This document shows positions 27,601 to 37,167 of a stretch of DNA of 64,000 nucleotides, piece after piece. The translations under genes and the position numbers were made by a program. This DNA comes from Planctomycetota bacterium. Its GTDB lineage: Bacteria > Planctomycetota > MHYJ01 > JACQXL01 > JACRIJ01. Within the stretch, counting starts at the first letter, position 1; each line of letters begins with the position of its first letter. The stretch is taken from contig JACRIJ010000104.1 of the NCBI GenBank assembly GCA_016220095.1, positions 1,763 through 65,762 of the forward strand. The letters are read 5' to 3'. The notes beneath the pieces are model-generated. The model saw only the letters and a program-made list of their open reading frames with translations, had not been told where the DNA came from and searched no databases.

Positions 27601-29289
27601 ATGAGAAAAAATACTATGAAAAAAACAATTCCTCTTTTGATAACTGCCATGCTTGCGGTAACAGTAATGGCGTTGCTTTCGTCTCCATCGCCTGCGCAGA
27701 TTGGCAAATCCTGTCTTGACTGTCATAAGGATATCAGCCTTCTTTTAAGCGAAAAAAACGTGCACCCCCCGTTCAATGTGAATTCCTGTGATTCCTGCCA
27801 TGATACTACCACGCATGGTCAGATGGTGGAAAACGGCCCCGCATTGTGTCTGACCTGTCACGATGGGATAAAAAAAGAAACCGGTTCGCACTTTCCGCAT
27901 TCGCCCGCAGAAAGCAACTGCCTGTCCTGCCATAATCCGCACGCATCGGCGAATTCCAAGCTTCTCATCAAACCTCAGGACCTGCTGTGCACTTCCTGTC
28001 ATGACGGCATTACGAAAAAATTAGCCGAAAAACACCTGCATGAGCCGTTTAAATCAAAAGATTGCCTGTCATGCCATAAACCCCACGGCAGTGATACGCC
28101 GCATTTGCTTACGGAAAAAACGCCCGGTTTGTGCACGCAATGCCATGACACATCCGATAAAACCATTGCGTCTGCGCATAAAGATATTTCTATAAAAAAT
28201 TCAAATTGTCCAGTCTGTCATAATCCGCACTCTTCTTCGGAGCCGAAGCTGATAGAAAAAAACCAGCACTATCCTTTTGAAACCGGCAATTGCGCTTCCT
28301 GCCATAAACAGAATGCGGACAGAATAGAACTTATTATGCCTGCGGATAAACTTTGCCGTACGTGTCACGGCAAAATCGGCAACGAACCGGAAAAAACATA
28401 TCATCATTCGCCTGCGGAAAGCGGTGAATGCCTGTCCTGTCACAATCCGCACGCAACGTCCAGGAAAAAACTTCTTAATGATGAAATTAACCCCGTATGT
28501 TTCTCCTGCCATTCTGACAAGCAGGAGCTTCTTGGCAAAGAAATCGTGCATCAGCCGTTTAAAAACGATTGCACGGCCTGCCACAGTCCGCATTCGTCGG
28601 CGCTTGCCGGACTGATAAAAAAGAACGCGGTAGACCTGTGCGGTACATGCCACGCGAATCTGCCGCTGGAATTCGCAAAAAAAACCGTGCATTTTCCGTT
28701 TAAAAACGGTTCCTGCATGTCCTGTCACAATCCCCATGCGTCATCAACGAACGGACTTCTCAAAAAAAACCAAAAGGAATTGTGCCTTGAATGCCATCTT
28801 GATATAAAAGCCAAGCTTGTGGCAAAACGGACGCATTCCGGCACAGGCGGAGATTGCACCGATTGCCATTTGCCACATAGTACGGAAACAGAATCTTTGC
28901 TTAATATTGATAAGGAATTGTCCTGTTTTTCCTGCCATCCGAAAGAGGATTTTACTGACAAAAAATACCAGCATTTTCCCGTTATGAAAAACAAATGCCT
29001 TACATGTCACGATCCGCATGGAACGGATTTCAAGGCAAACCTGAAAAAATCGGTAAATGATACCTGTACCCAATGCCATCCCGCACGGCATAAGGAATTC
29101 GTGCACTCCGTGGACGCATTGCCGTCCGAAAAAATTGATATGTCAGCCGAGGATAAAACCCGGCTTGACGCGGAGGGAAGGCTTTCATGCGTCTCCTGCC
29201 ATAGTCCGCACGGTTCCAGGAACCCGTTTTTCCTTATTGACGAAATGACGCAAGGACAGCTCTGTTACAGGTGCCACAAACAAAACTGA
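27601..29289 (+). CDS. Periplasmic doubled-CXXCH multiheme cytochrome c (22 CxxCH)
   Basis: Signal peptide; repeating HxP..CxxCHxPHxS...LCxxCH units; manual count 22. Confidence 0.92.
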   Translation: MRKNTMKKTIPLLITAMLAVTVMALLSSPSPAQIGKSCLDCHKDISLLLSEKNVHPPFNVNSCDSCHDTTTHGQMVENGPALCLTCHDGIKKETGSHFPHSPAESNCLSCHNPHASANSKLLIKPQDLLCTSCHDGITKKLAEKHLHEPFKSKDCLSCHKPHGSDTPHLLTEKTPGLCTQCHDTSDKTIASAHKDISIKNSNCPVCHNPHSSSEPKLIEKNQHYPFETGNCASCHKQNADRIELIMPADKLCRTCHGKIGNEPEKTYHHSPAESGECLSCHNPHATSRKKLLNDEINPVCFSCHSDKQELLGKEIVHQPFKNDCTACHSPHSSALAGLIKKNAVDLCGTCHANLPLEFAKKTVHFPFKNGSCMSCHNPHASSTNGLLKKNQKELCLECHLDIKAKLVAKRTHSGTGGDCTDCHLPHSTETESLLNIDKELSCFSCHPKEDFTDKKYQHFPVMKNKCLTCHDPHGTDFKANLKKSVNDTCTQCHPARHKEFVHSVDALPSEKIDMSAEDKTRLDAEGRLSCVSCHSPHGSRNPFFLIDEMTQGQLCYRCHKQN

Positions 29290-29294
29290 ATATT

Positions 29295-29744
29295 ATGAAA
29301 AAAAATATTAAAATCATTACATTATTGGCGGCAATTATCATTGCGATTGCCGCGGCTTTTTTTGCATTCGTGTTTGATAAGCCGGTTTCCTATAAGAACG
29401 GGGTTAAATCCGTTTCCATAACTGTAAAACACGAAATGTATAAGAATTTTTCGGAATCTCACACACTTAAGCCTGGAGAGCAGGTTTATATTCATGATAC
29501 GAATTATGTTTTTGTTATTACGGATTTTATGCCTGATTTCAGGATAAAAAGGCAGACTGGTGAAGCGTATTCCAGAACCGATGCGCCCGATAATCCCGCC
29601 GTAAAAATCGCGCTCTATGTTGAAAATGAAAAATTGGATGAAGCCTGGTATATCCTGAAAAAAAAGGATTATTATAAGGTATTTAAACCCGGCATTTATT
29701 TCGTTATAGATAATATCGTTTACGGAGACACCAAGTATGAATAG
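29295..29744 (+). CDS. Membrane-anchored hypothetical protein resembling a ResB periplasmic subdomain
   Basis: N-terminal TM; DFMPDF...SRTDAPDNPAVKI motif. Confidence 0.6.
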   Translation: MKKNIKIITLLAAIIIAIAAAFFAFVFDKPVSYKNGVKSVSITVKHEMYKNFSESHTLKPGEQVYIHDTNYVFVITDFMPDFRIKRQTGEAYSRTDAPDNPAVKIALYVENEKLDEAWYILKKKDYYKVFKPGIYFVIDNIVYGDTKYE

Positions 29745-31692
29745 AAAAAGACTCTTTATTTTTACAGTTCTTACGGCCTTTCTCTGCGCGGCATTTCTGC
29801 AATCGTGCCAGAACGGCACCAGGCCTGCGCCGAAAAAGAAAACATGCATGGAATGCCACGCGCATGAGAATATGCAGGATTTGATGAATAAAAAAGTTGT
29901 CCATGCGCCGTTCAAATCCCAGGATTGCGAATCTTGCCATGAAAGGCATTTATTCGGCGACAAATTGAAATTGAAACATTGGGACAGTAAGCTGTGTGCA
30001 AATAGCGAATGCCACGCCGATTATGCCTCTGATGCCAAGAAAGCGGTTTCCGAGGCGGTACATCCGCCTTACGCTAACTCGCCCTGCTGGCAGTGCCACT
30101 CTCCGCATGCCTCGGATTATCCGAAACTGTTGAAGGCGAAATCGCCCGACATGTGTTACGAGTGTCATGATAGAAGTGCGTATTCCGCGCAAAACGCGCA
30201 TACGCCGGTTAAAGAAGGCAAATGCCTGTCATGTCATGCCGCCCATGAGTCTAATAACAAAGGGCTTCTTCAAAAACCTGTAAACCAGATATGCGCCGAT
30301 TGCCATGATACGGGCACGGACAAAATGAAAACTGCGCATAATAACTTTAATATTTCCAAAAGCGCTTGCTCTTCCTGCCATACGCCGCATTCGTCCGCAC
30401 AAAAAGCCCTGTTAAAAAATACCGTTCACGCGTTTATTTTGGATAAAAACTGCGTTTCATGCCATGCGGATCCTTTGGCGCCGGAAAAACTGGTTAAACC
30501 CGTTAAAGAACTCTGTCTGTCCTGCCATGATAAACAAACAAATGAACTTTCGGATAAACATATACATAAGCCGTTCATTGACGATGATTGCCTGAAATGC
30601 CACGCCGCACATGCTTCGCAGACGGAAAAACTCCTTATTCTGCCCGTAAGCTCACTTTGTATTTCATGCCATAAACAGGAAACTACGCCCGATATGGCAC
30701 AGCATAAGCCGTATATGTCCGGAGATTGTTTGTCATGCCACAAGGCTCATTCAAGCGGCCAGTCGAAACTTGTGAAAGATAATCTTGAGCAAAACTGCGT
30801 CTCATGTCACGCATCCGTGACGGAAGAGCGGAAAAAATCCCATGTGCATAGTCCGTTTGGCGGGGATTCATGCCTTCAATGCCATAGTCCGCACCAGTCA
30901 AAATATAAATTCATATTAAAACAGGAACCTGGCAAATTATGTGCCGAATGCCACGAGGAAACCGTTGCGGGTGGCAGGAAAGAGACTTATCAGCATACGC
31001 CTTTTTATAATCAGAATTGTTTTACCTGTCATTCCGGCCATGCCGCGGATTATAAGGCTTTGCTTGTTAAAAAGGAAAAAGAATTATGCATGGATTGCCA
31101 TAAGAACAGTGCGTCTGAACTTATGGCGTCTTATCAGCATACGCCGGTTAAAAATGGCGAATGCTCGTCCTGTCACAATCCGCATAGTTCCAATATAAAA
31201 AACTATCTGAAAAAATATAAAGAGGCATTATGTTTCGATTGCCATCCGAAAATTACCGAAGAGCTTAAACAGTCCTCCAGGCACCAGCCCGCATTGCAGG
31301 GAGACTGCATAAAATGCCATTCTCCGCATGGTTCCGAAATCGAAAATCAGCTCCGGCGCGCGGATATGGGGTTGTGCACCCAGTGCCATCCCAACGTCGC
31401 AAAAGAGCTCCAAAAGAAATTTCCTCACCAGCCCGTGAAGGACGAAGAATGCCTTGAATGCCATTCTCCGCATGCATCAGCGCATGAAGCCCTTATGTCA
31501 GAGCCGGCCCCGGAACTTTGCCTGAAATGCCATAAACCGGACGCGGTTTTTACCGCCGCGCACAGGAATTTTGACGTGAAAAAGACAGACTGCCTGCAGT
31601 GCCATACGCCACACGCCGCGGACCAGAAAGGCCTGCCGCTGTCCCATCTGCATAAGCCGTATAAGGACGGGGATTGCTCGGAGTGCCACTGA
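29737..31692 (+). CDS. Lipoprotein doubled-CXXCH multiheme cytochrome c (25 CxxCH + 1 CX4CH)
   Basis: Lipobox LQSC; manual count, includes CANSECH. Confidence 0.92.
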   Translation: MNRKRLFIFTVLTAFLCAAFLQSCQNGTRPAPKKKTCMECHAHENMQDLMNKKVVHAPFKSQDCESCHERHLFGDKLKLKHWDSKLCANSECHADYASDAKKAVSEAVHPPYANSPCWQCHSPHASDYPKLLKAKSPDMCYECHDRSAYSAQNAHTPVKEGKCLSCHAAHESNNKGLLQKPVNQICADCHDTGTDKMKTAHNNFNISKSACSSCHTPHSSAQKALLKNTVHAFILDKNCVSCHADPLAPEKLVKPVKELCLSCHDKQTNELSDKHIHKPFIDDDCLKCHAAHASQTEKLLILPVSSLCISCHKQETTPDMAQHKPYMSGDCLSCHKAHSSGQSKLVKDNLEQNCVSCHASVTEERKKSHVHSPFGGDSCLQCHSPHQSKYKFILKQEPGKLCAECHEETVAGGRKETYQHTPFYNQNCFTCHSGHAADYKALLVKKEKELCMDCHKNSASELMASYQHTPVKNGECSSCHNPHSSNIKNYLKKYKEALCFDCHPKITEELKQSSRHQPALQGDCIKCHSPHGSEIENQLRRADMGLCTQCHPNVAKELQKKFPHQPVKDEECLECHSPHASAHEALMSEPAPELCLKCHKPDAVFTAAHRNFDVKKTDCLQCHTPHAADQKGLPLSHLHKPYKDGDCSECH

Positions 31693-31737
31693 ACGAATTT
31701 GAGATTTCAAATTTGAGATTCGTTATAAGGAGTTTAT

Positions 31738-33012
31738 ATGAAAAAAATCGCAATTGTTTCAGTATTGCTCGGTTCAACAGCAATGCTGATAGGCATTTCG
31801 CTCGCGCAGGAGGCGAAGCCTAAAGACAATATCGCTGAAATCTGCTACGGGTGCCATAAGGAACTCAGGGAATCCTTCGCCGGTAAAACTATGCACAAGC
31901 CGGTGGAAAAAGGGAATTGCACTGCCTGCCATAATCCGCACGCGTCCAAAGCCGAACATCTTATGAAGAAAACCGAATCCAAAACATGCCTTGCGCAGGA
32001 ATGTCACGCAGGACAAAAGGAACTTTTTGGCCGCGCCTTTCAGCATACGCCGGTTAAAAACGGTCAATGTTCTCCATGTCACGAACCGCACGCGTCTAAA
32101 GAAAAACACATGCTGAAAAAGGCGTCCATGGAAATATGTGCCGATTGCCACAATATTAAAAAAATGGCTGGAGACAAGACGGTCCTGCACGGACCTTTCA
32201 GGGATGGTCAGTGCCTCGCCTGCCATGACGCGCATTCGGGGAATTATTCCGGAAACATAATAAAAAAGAACGTGGATATCTGCACCGCATGCCACGCGGC
32301 AAACGACAAATTAAAAGAAAAACACGACCAGTTTGATATGTCTGCCGTGGACTGTACGATATGCCATTCACCGCATTATAGCGGTTATCAAAACATGCTC
32401 AAAGCGGTCGTGCACAAGCCGGTTGGCGAGAAGGCATGCGATAAATGCCATGAGAACCTGACAGGCAATAAACCTGACCCGAAAAAACTTGTTAAACCAG
32501 TGCCCGATTTGTGCTTTGAATGCCATGATAAAAAGAGCCATTCCGCTTCCAATGTGCATAAGCCTGACCAGGACGGCAATTGTCTTACATGCCACGAAGT
32601 GCACGCGTCTGATTTCAAACACTTGCTTAACCAGCGTACGCCGGATTTGTGTTTCAAATGCCACAAGGGAATGGAAAGGTTCGTAAAGATGCAGTATCCG
32701 CATAATCCGGTGATGAATGGCGAATGCAATGCCTGTCATTCGGCGCATTCGTCGGAAAACAAGAAACTTCTTGTTGATATGGACTATACAAAAATGTGTA
32801 TGGCTTGCCACAAAAAGCGTGACACGCACCCCGTGGACAAGATCGCGTCAAACACCATAGAAACATTTGAAAATTCACTGGTTAAACTTGATGCCAATCG
32901 TAAAGTGGTCTGCATCTCCTGCCATAATCCGCACGGGAGTGACGAGGAAAACATTCTGCACTACAACAAGGAAAGGGATTTGTGCATACAATGCCATAAG
33001 AAGGAACGTTAA
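31738..33012 (+). CDS. Periplasmic doubled-CXXCH multiheme cytochrome c (15 CxxCH + 1 CX4CH)
   Basis: Signal peptide; manual count, includes CLAQECH. Confidence 0.92.
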   Translation: MKKIAIVSVLLGSTAMLIGISLAQEAKPKDNIAEICYGCHKELRESFAGKTMHKPVEKGNCTACHNPHASKAEHLMKKTESKTCLAQECHAGQKELFGRAFQHTPVKNGQCSPCHEPHASKEKHMLKKASMEICADCHNIKKMAGDKTVLHGPFRDGQCLACHDAHSGNYSGNIIKKNVDICTACHAANDKLKEKHDQFDMSAVDCTICHSPHYSGYQNMLKAVVHKPVGEKACDKCHENLTGNKPDPKKLVKPVPDLCFECHDKKSHSASNVHKPDQDGNCLTCHEVHASDFKHLLNQRTPDLCFKCHKGMERFVKMQYPHNPVMNGECNACHSAHSSENKKLLVDMDYTKMCMACHKKRDTHPVDKIASNTIETFENSLVKLDANRKVVCISCHNPHGSDEENILHYNKERDLCIQCHKKER

Positions 33013-33059
33013 AAACCCGCTTGCTTTTTCCTGTTTTTTCTTATACACTCTGTATAATT

Positions 33060-33407
33060 ATGGCAATACCGTTACTGCTGGTCATAAATAATTTCCTCCA
33101 CGATTTTTCTGCCGCCATGCTGTTATGTTCGGCAATATGCATCTGGCTGGTAAGGCGGAACTTCCACGGCGATGCAGGCGGCGTATCATCAGTTATTGCG
33201 CGAAATATTACAAGCAAACTGTCCCTGATATTCTATTTGTCGCTTGGGTTTGTCGTTATCGGAGGTGCGATTCGCGCCTGGGCGTATCGTACTTATGAAT
33301 GGATTACGCCCCTGGGACAGTCGCAGGTTACGGTACTTATAGTTAAACACGCTCTTTTTGCCGCGTGTTTGCTTGTCGCGGTTTATATAGTGTTGAAAAA
33401 AAAATAA
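33060..33407 (+). CDS. Small membrane protein (3 TM)
   Basis: NNFLHDFSAA...IVKH; upstream TTGCTT-N17-TACACT. Confidence 0.65.
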   Translation: MAIPLLLVINNFLHDFSAAMLLCSAICIWLVRRNFHGDAGGVSSVIARNITSKLSLIFYLSLGFVVIGGAIRAWAYRTYEWITPLGQSQVTVLIVKHALFAACLLVAVYIVLKKK

Positions 33408-33580
33408 GGAAAAGTTTGAGTTGCAATTTACCCCGCTTTACTGAACCATTATGTATTAGCGTGAAAGAGGAGATGAGTGATTCTTGGTGAAATAATCGGC
33501 TTCTTGATATTTACAACAGTTTTCTTAGCTGTAACTTCGTGTCTTCGGGCCTTCGTGGCAATAAATAGTTGTTGTTTTGC

Positions 33581-34279
33581 ATGAGCATATCATTTTTACG
33601 ACTTATAAGAATAGCGAATTTTCCCAGTGCGGTTTCAAACGTCTGGGCCGGGTACGTGTTGGCATCAGCCGGCAAGGTTGACTCCGTGGTGTTTGGCATC
33701 GGGGCCTTATCTTCCGGGCTGGCGTATTCCGGTGGCATGGCGCTGAACGATTACCTGGACCGCGAAAACGACGCTACGGAACATCCTGAGCGTGTTGTGC
33801 CTTCGGGGAAGATTCCCGCCCTGGCCGCGCTTGAGACGGCTATTGCCTTATTGGCATTGGCCGTTTTAACAGCGGGCATCTGGTTTAACAGGCAGTCGTT
33901 TTACGTGATGGTATTGATTACTGCGGGGGTCATGGCATACGATGCGGTGCTGAAGAGGTATTGGCCGACTGCGGGCATAGGCATGGGATTATGCAGGGGG
34001 CTGAATTGTCTTTTCGGGATGTCGCTTATCGGGCAGATAAACCTGTCGCTTTTGATTTATCCAGCGGCGATGTTCGCGTACATTGGAGCGTTGACGCTCC
34101 TGGCGCGGCAGGAATCAAGGAGCGCGGTAATTGAAAAGGCCGTAAAATTCGGCCTGTTTGGCATAGTGGTTTTAGACGCGGCGTTTTTGTTTGCGTACGG
34201 ATATAATTGGCAGGCCGCGGCAGGCCTGGGATTGCTCGTGCTGATGGCATTGTTAAGCAGGATGTTCAAAATGACGTAA
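33581..34279 (+). CDS. UbiA-family prenyltransferase (EboC-like)
   Basis: GMALNDYLDRENDATEHPERVVPSG, AYDAVLK, MGLCRGLN. Confidence 0.85.
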   Translation: MSISFLRLIRIANFPSAVSNVWAGYVLASAGKVDSVVFGIGALSSGLAYSGGMALNDYLDRENDATEHPERVVPSGKIPALAALETAIALLALAVLTAGIWFNRQSFYVMVLITAGVMAYDAVLKRYWPTAGIGMGLCRGLNCLFGMSLIGQINLSLLIYPAAMFAYIGALTLLARQESRSAVIEKAVKFGLFGIVVLDAAFLFAYGYNWQAAAGLGLLVLMALLSRMFKMT

Positions 34280-34405
34280 AAAATCCTTGATTTTTGTCCG
34301 TATGCGGATATAATAAGCCATAAGCCCCTAAAGAATAAATTTAAGATTTCTTCGGCGTATTTCATGAAAATCTTAATTCTTAAATCTAACATCTTAAATT
34401 TCCAT

Positions 34406-34570
34406 ATGCTTAAGTATAAATGCACAGTTTGCGATTACGTTTACGATCCGGAAATCGGCGATCCGGATTCAGGCATAAAACCCGGCACTCTTTTTGAAGA
34501 CCTGCCGGCCGATTGGGCGTGCCCTCTCTGCGGCGTCGGTAAGGATGAGTTTGAAAAGGAAAATCAATAA
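34406..34570 (+). CDS. Rubredoxin
   Basis: [10 protein letters not shown]...[10 protein letters not shown]. Confidence 0.95.
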   Translation: MLKYKCTVCDYVYDPEIGDPDSGIKPGTLFEDLPADWACPLCGVGKDEFEKENQ

Positions 34571-34609
34571 AGCCAAGTCGTAATCTTGAACGATAAGGCT
34601 GCGATAATT

Positions 34610-34688
34610 AACCACTGAATGCACTGAAACCACGGAATGCGACCGTTTGGACGCAAGTTTTTCAGTGAATTCAGTGTTTTCAGTGGTT
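34610..34688. repeat. Inverted pair of 9-nt arrays forming a long hairpin
   Basis: aaccactgaatgcactgaaaccacggaa ... tttcagtgaattcagtgttttcagtggtt. Confidence 0.7.
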
Positions 34689-34737
34689 GAATCGTTCGTA
34701 ATAACGTTTATACTTTACAGTTAGGATTTAATAAAAG

Positions 34738-35925
34738 ATGGCAGTTATGCAAATAAAACCGAACATATACTCCGTTGGGGCAATTGACTGGAACCGCCGG
34801 CTCTTTGACGAGCTTATCCCGATCCCTGAAGGCACCAGTTATAATTCATATGTTATTAAAGGCGCTGAAAAAACCGCTCTTATTGACGCCGTTGACCCGT
34901 CAAAAGAATCCGAGCTTATCGCGAATCTCCAAAAACTCGGCATAAAAAAAATTGATTACCTTGTTTCCAACCACGCCGAACAGGACCACTCCGGCGCTAT
35001 CCCCTCCATATTAAAACTCTATCCCGATGCGAAAGTCGTGACCAATCAGAAATGCAAGTCCATGCTCATGGACCTGCTTCTTATTCCGGATGAAAAATTC
35101 ATTGTCATAGCCGACGGCCAGGCGCTTTCCCTGGGCGGCAAGACACTGCAATTCATGCTCGCCCCGTGGGTGCATTGGCCGGAAACGATGTTTACTTGCC
35201 TGCCTGAAGACAAAATACTTTTCACCTGCGATTTCTTCGGTTCGCATAAGGCTACAAGCGAACTTTTCACCTCCATTGACTACAACATATACGATTCGGC
35301 AAAGAGATATTATGCCGAGATAATGATGCCTTTCAGGACGCAGATACAAAAACACATTGAAAAGGTAAGGGAATTGAATCCTGAAATCATCGCGCCCAGC
35401 CACGGTCCGTTGTATAAGAAGCCTGAATTTATTATAAACGCGTACGCGGATTGGGTTTCCGATAATGTCAAAAATACGGTTCTCGTGCCGTACGTGTCCA
35501 TGCACGGCAGTACGGCGAAAATGGTTGAATATCTCGTCGGCGCCCTTATGGAAAGAGGGATTGCGGTAAAACCGTTTGACCTGCCGAAGACCGATATAGG
35601 CGAACTTGCGATATCCCTCGTGGACGCCGCAACGGTCGTATTCGCCGCCCCGACAGTGCTTTTCGGCGCGCATCCGGGCGTGGTTTACGCGGCCTATCTG
35701 GCCAATGCCATTCATCCGAAGGTAAAGTTCGCGTCCATTATAGGTTCGTACGGCTGGGCCGGAAAGACCGTTGAACAAATTAAAGGGCTCCTGCCCAATA
35801 TAAAGGCGGAATTCCTTGAACCGGTCGTAATCAAGGGTTTTCCGAAGGAAGAAAATTTCAAGGCCCTTGACCGGCTGGCGGACGATATATTGCGGAAACA
35901 CGGGGAAATTGGAATCGTAAAATAA
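34738..35925 (+). CDS. fprA: Flavodiiron protein (FprA; O2/NO reductase)
   Basis: GTSYNSY, NHAEQDHSG, WVHWPETM, APSHGP, flavodoxin domain. Confidence 0.93.
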   Translation: MAVMQIKPNIYSVGAIDWNRRLFDELIPIPEGTSYNSYVIKGAEKTALIDAVDPSKESELIANLQKLGIKKIDYLVSNHAEQDHSGAIPSILKLYPDAKVVTNQKCKSMLMDLLLIPDEKFIVIADGQALSLGGKTLQFMLAPWVHWPETMFTCLPEDKILFTCDFFGSHKATSELFTSIDYNIYDSAKRYYAEIMMPFRTQIQKHIEKVRELNPEIIAPSHGPLYKKPEFIINAYADWVSDNVKNTVLVPYVSMHGSTAKMVEYLVGALMERGIAVKPFDLPKTDIGELAISLVDAATVVFAAPTVLFGAHPGVVYAAYLANAIHPKVKFASIIGSYGWAGKTVEQIKGLLPNIKAEFLEPVVIKGFPKEENFKALDRLADDILRKHGEIGIVK

Positions 35926-35978
35926 AAATGAAGGACGTTAAGTATTAAATAACAAATTTTTAGAAAGGAGATTTGTTT

Positions 35979-36455
35979 ATGGGAAAACAAGGTACAAAAG
36001 TTGCAGATCTGAACGTAAAGGAACTGCTGAATGACCTGAATAAGGTCTATGCCGATGAATGGCTCGCCCACTATTCGTATTGGTTTATGGCGCATTCGGT
36101 AACGGGTCCGGGCTATGAGGACATGGGCGAATTCTTTGAAAAACTTGCCAAGGACGAGGCCGAACACGCCGGTGAAATCGCGGACAGGATGATTGAATTG
36201 GGCGGCATGCCGGTTGTCAACATGATGGAACTTGAAAAGAACGCCAATGCGCCCTATCCGAAACCCCCGAAGGGAACCTCGGATTATAAAAAGATGATTC
36301 AGGTCGTCCTTGACGCTGAAGCCGGCGCGATTGACGCATACAATAAGCTCGCCGCGAAAACCATGGGTAAAGATCATGTGACATACCAGTTAGTATGCCA
36401 TATTCTTGCCGAAGAAGTCGTGCATGAAGAGATGTTTGAAGATTTGTTAGATTAA
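35979..36455 (+). CDS. Ferritin-like (Dps-like/bacterioferritin-related) protein
   Basis: ADEWLA, DEAEHA, AEAGAI and EEVVHE diiron motifs. Confidence 0.85.
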   Translation: MGKQGTKVADLNVKELLNDLNKVYADEWLAHYSYWFMAHSVTGPGYEDMGEFFEKLAKDEAEHAGEIADRMIELGGMPVVNMMELEKNANAPYPKPPKGTSDYKKMIQVVLDAEAGAIDAYNKLAAKTMGKDHVTYQLVCHILAEEVVHEEMFEDLLD

Positions 36456-36475
36456 TCGCTGATTGCGTAAAAATC

Positions 36476-36504
36476 GCAGAGACGCCCCGACGGGGCGTCT
36501 CTGC
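36476..36504. repeat. REP-like palindrome, possibly a terminator
   Basis: GCAGAGACGCCCCG-A-CGGGGCGTCTCTGC. Confidence 0.7.
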
Positions 36505-36515
36505 ATTTTGTTTAA

Positions 36516-36989
36516 ATGAACAAAAATTCAGCCAAAAAAATCGGTGTTTTCCTTTGCAAGCGGCAAGCGGCCCTTTCCGTCGCCGAGTCCTGCACCGGCG
36601 GCCTTATAGGGCATGAGATAACGAACGTGCCGGGCAGTTCGGATTATTTTACCGGCGGCGTTATCGCGTATTCAAACGCGGCCAAGGCAAAATTGCTCGG
36701 GGTAAAAAAAAATACGCTGGCAAAATACGGCGCCGTGAGCGCGCAGGCCGCGAAGGAAATGGCTGAAGGGTGTCGCAGGGTATTCAAAAGTAATTATGCC
36801 GTAGCCGTTACCGGCATAGCAGGTCCCTCCGGAGGCACAAAAGAAAAACCCACAGGGTTGGTATACATCGCGGTTGCAGATAAAAAAAGTACCGTCTGCA
36901 GGAAATTTATTTTTGCCGGTCCGCGCCTGCGCGTAAAACAACAGGCCTGCGAAAAGACCCTGCAATTCCTGCTGGAATACATACGTTAG
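36516..36989 (+). CDS. pncC: NMN deamidase (CinA C-terminal domain)
   Basis: AESCTGG, PGSSDYF, GAVS, TGIAGPSGG. Confidence 0.9.
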   Translation: MNKNSAKKIGVFLCKRQAALSVAESCTGGLIGHEITNVPGSSDYFTGGVIAYSNAAKAKLLGVKKNTLAKYGAVSAQAAKEMAEGCRRVFKSNYAVAVTGIAGPSGGTKEKPTGLVYIAVADKKSTVCRKFIFAGPRLRVKQQACEKTLQFLLEYIR

Positions 36990-37095
36990 AGTTTTAGCGT
37001 TCGTCAGGATGTGAGGCATTTTTCCTGTGAATATTCGTGACTTCGCGTCTTCGTGGCTCGTTTTTGGTTGCGGCTATGTTGCTTTATACGCTTAT

Positions 37096-37165
37096 ACTCC
37101 GTAACCCCTTAACAGGGTGAATACATAGATTCACCCCTACTCCGTAACTCTGTAACCCCTTAACC
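37096..37165. repeat. Dispersed repeat: TAACxCC array with a GGGTGAAT..ATTCACCC palindrome
   Basis: 37114-37163 is a near reverse complement of 45371-45420. Confidence 0.7.
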
Positions 37166-37167
37166 TT

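Noticed and set aside
27601-33012. Naming these cytochromes mtrA/dmsE
   Set aside because: Same repeat type, but 16-26 hemes rather than 10, and orthology cannot be shown
14472-33012. Recent horizontal acquisition of the cytochrome cluster
   Set aside because: No integrase, tRNA or obvious composition shift, and the host-type repeat arrays occur inside it
35011-35901. Long antisense ORFs (also 40789-41577, 43709-44446, 29322-29963)
   Set aside because: Shadows of well-supported genes on the opposite strand, with no recognisable motifs
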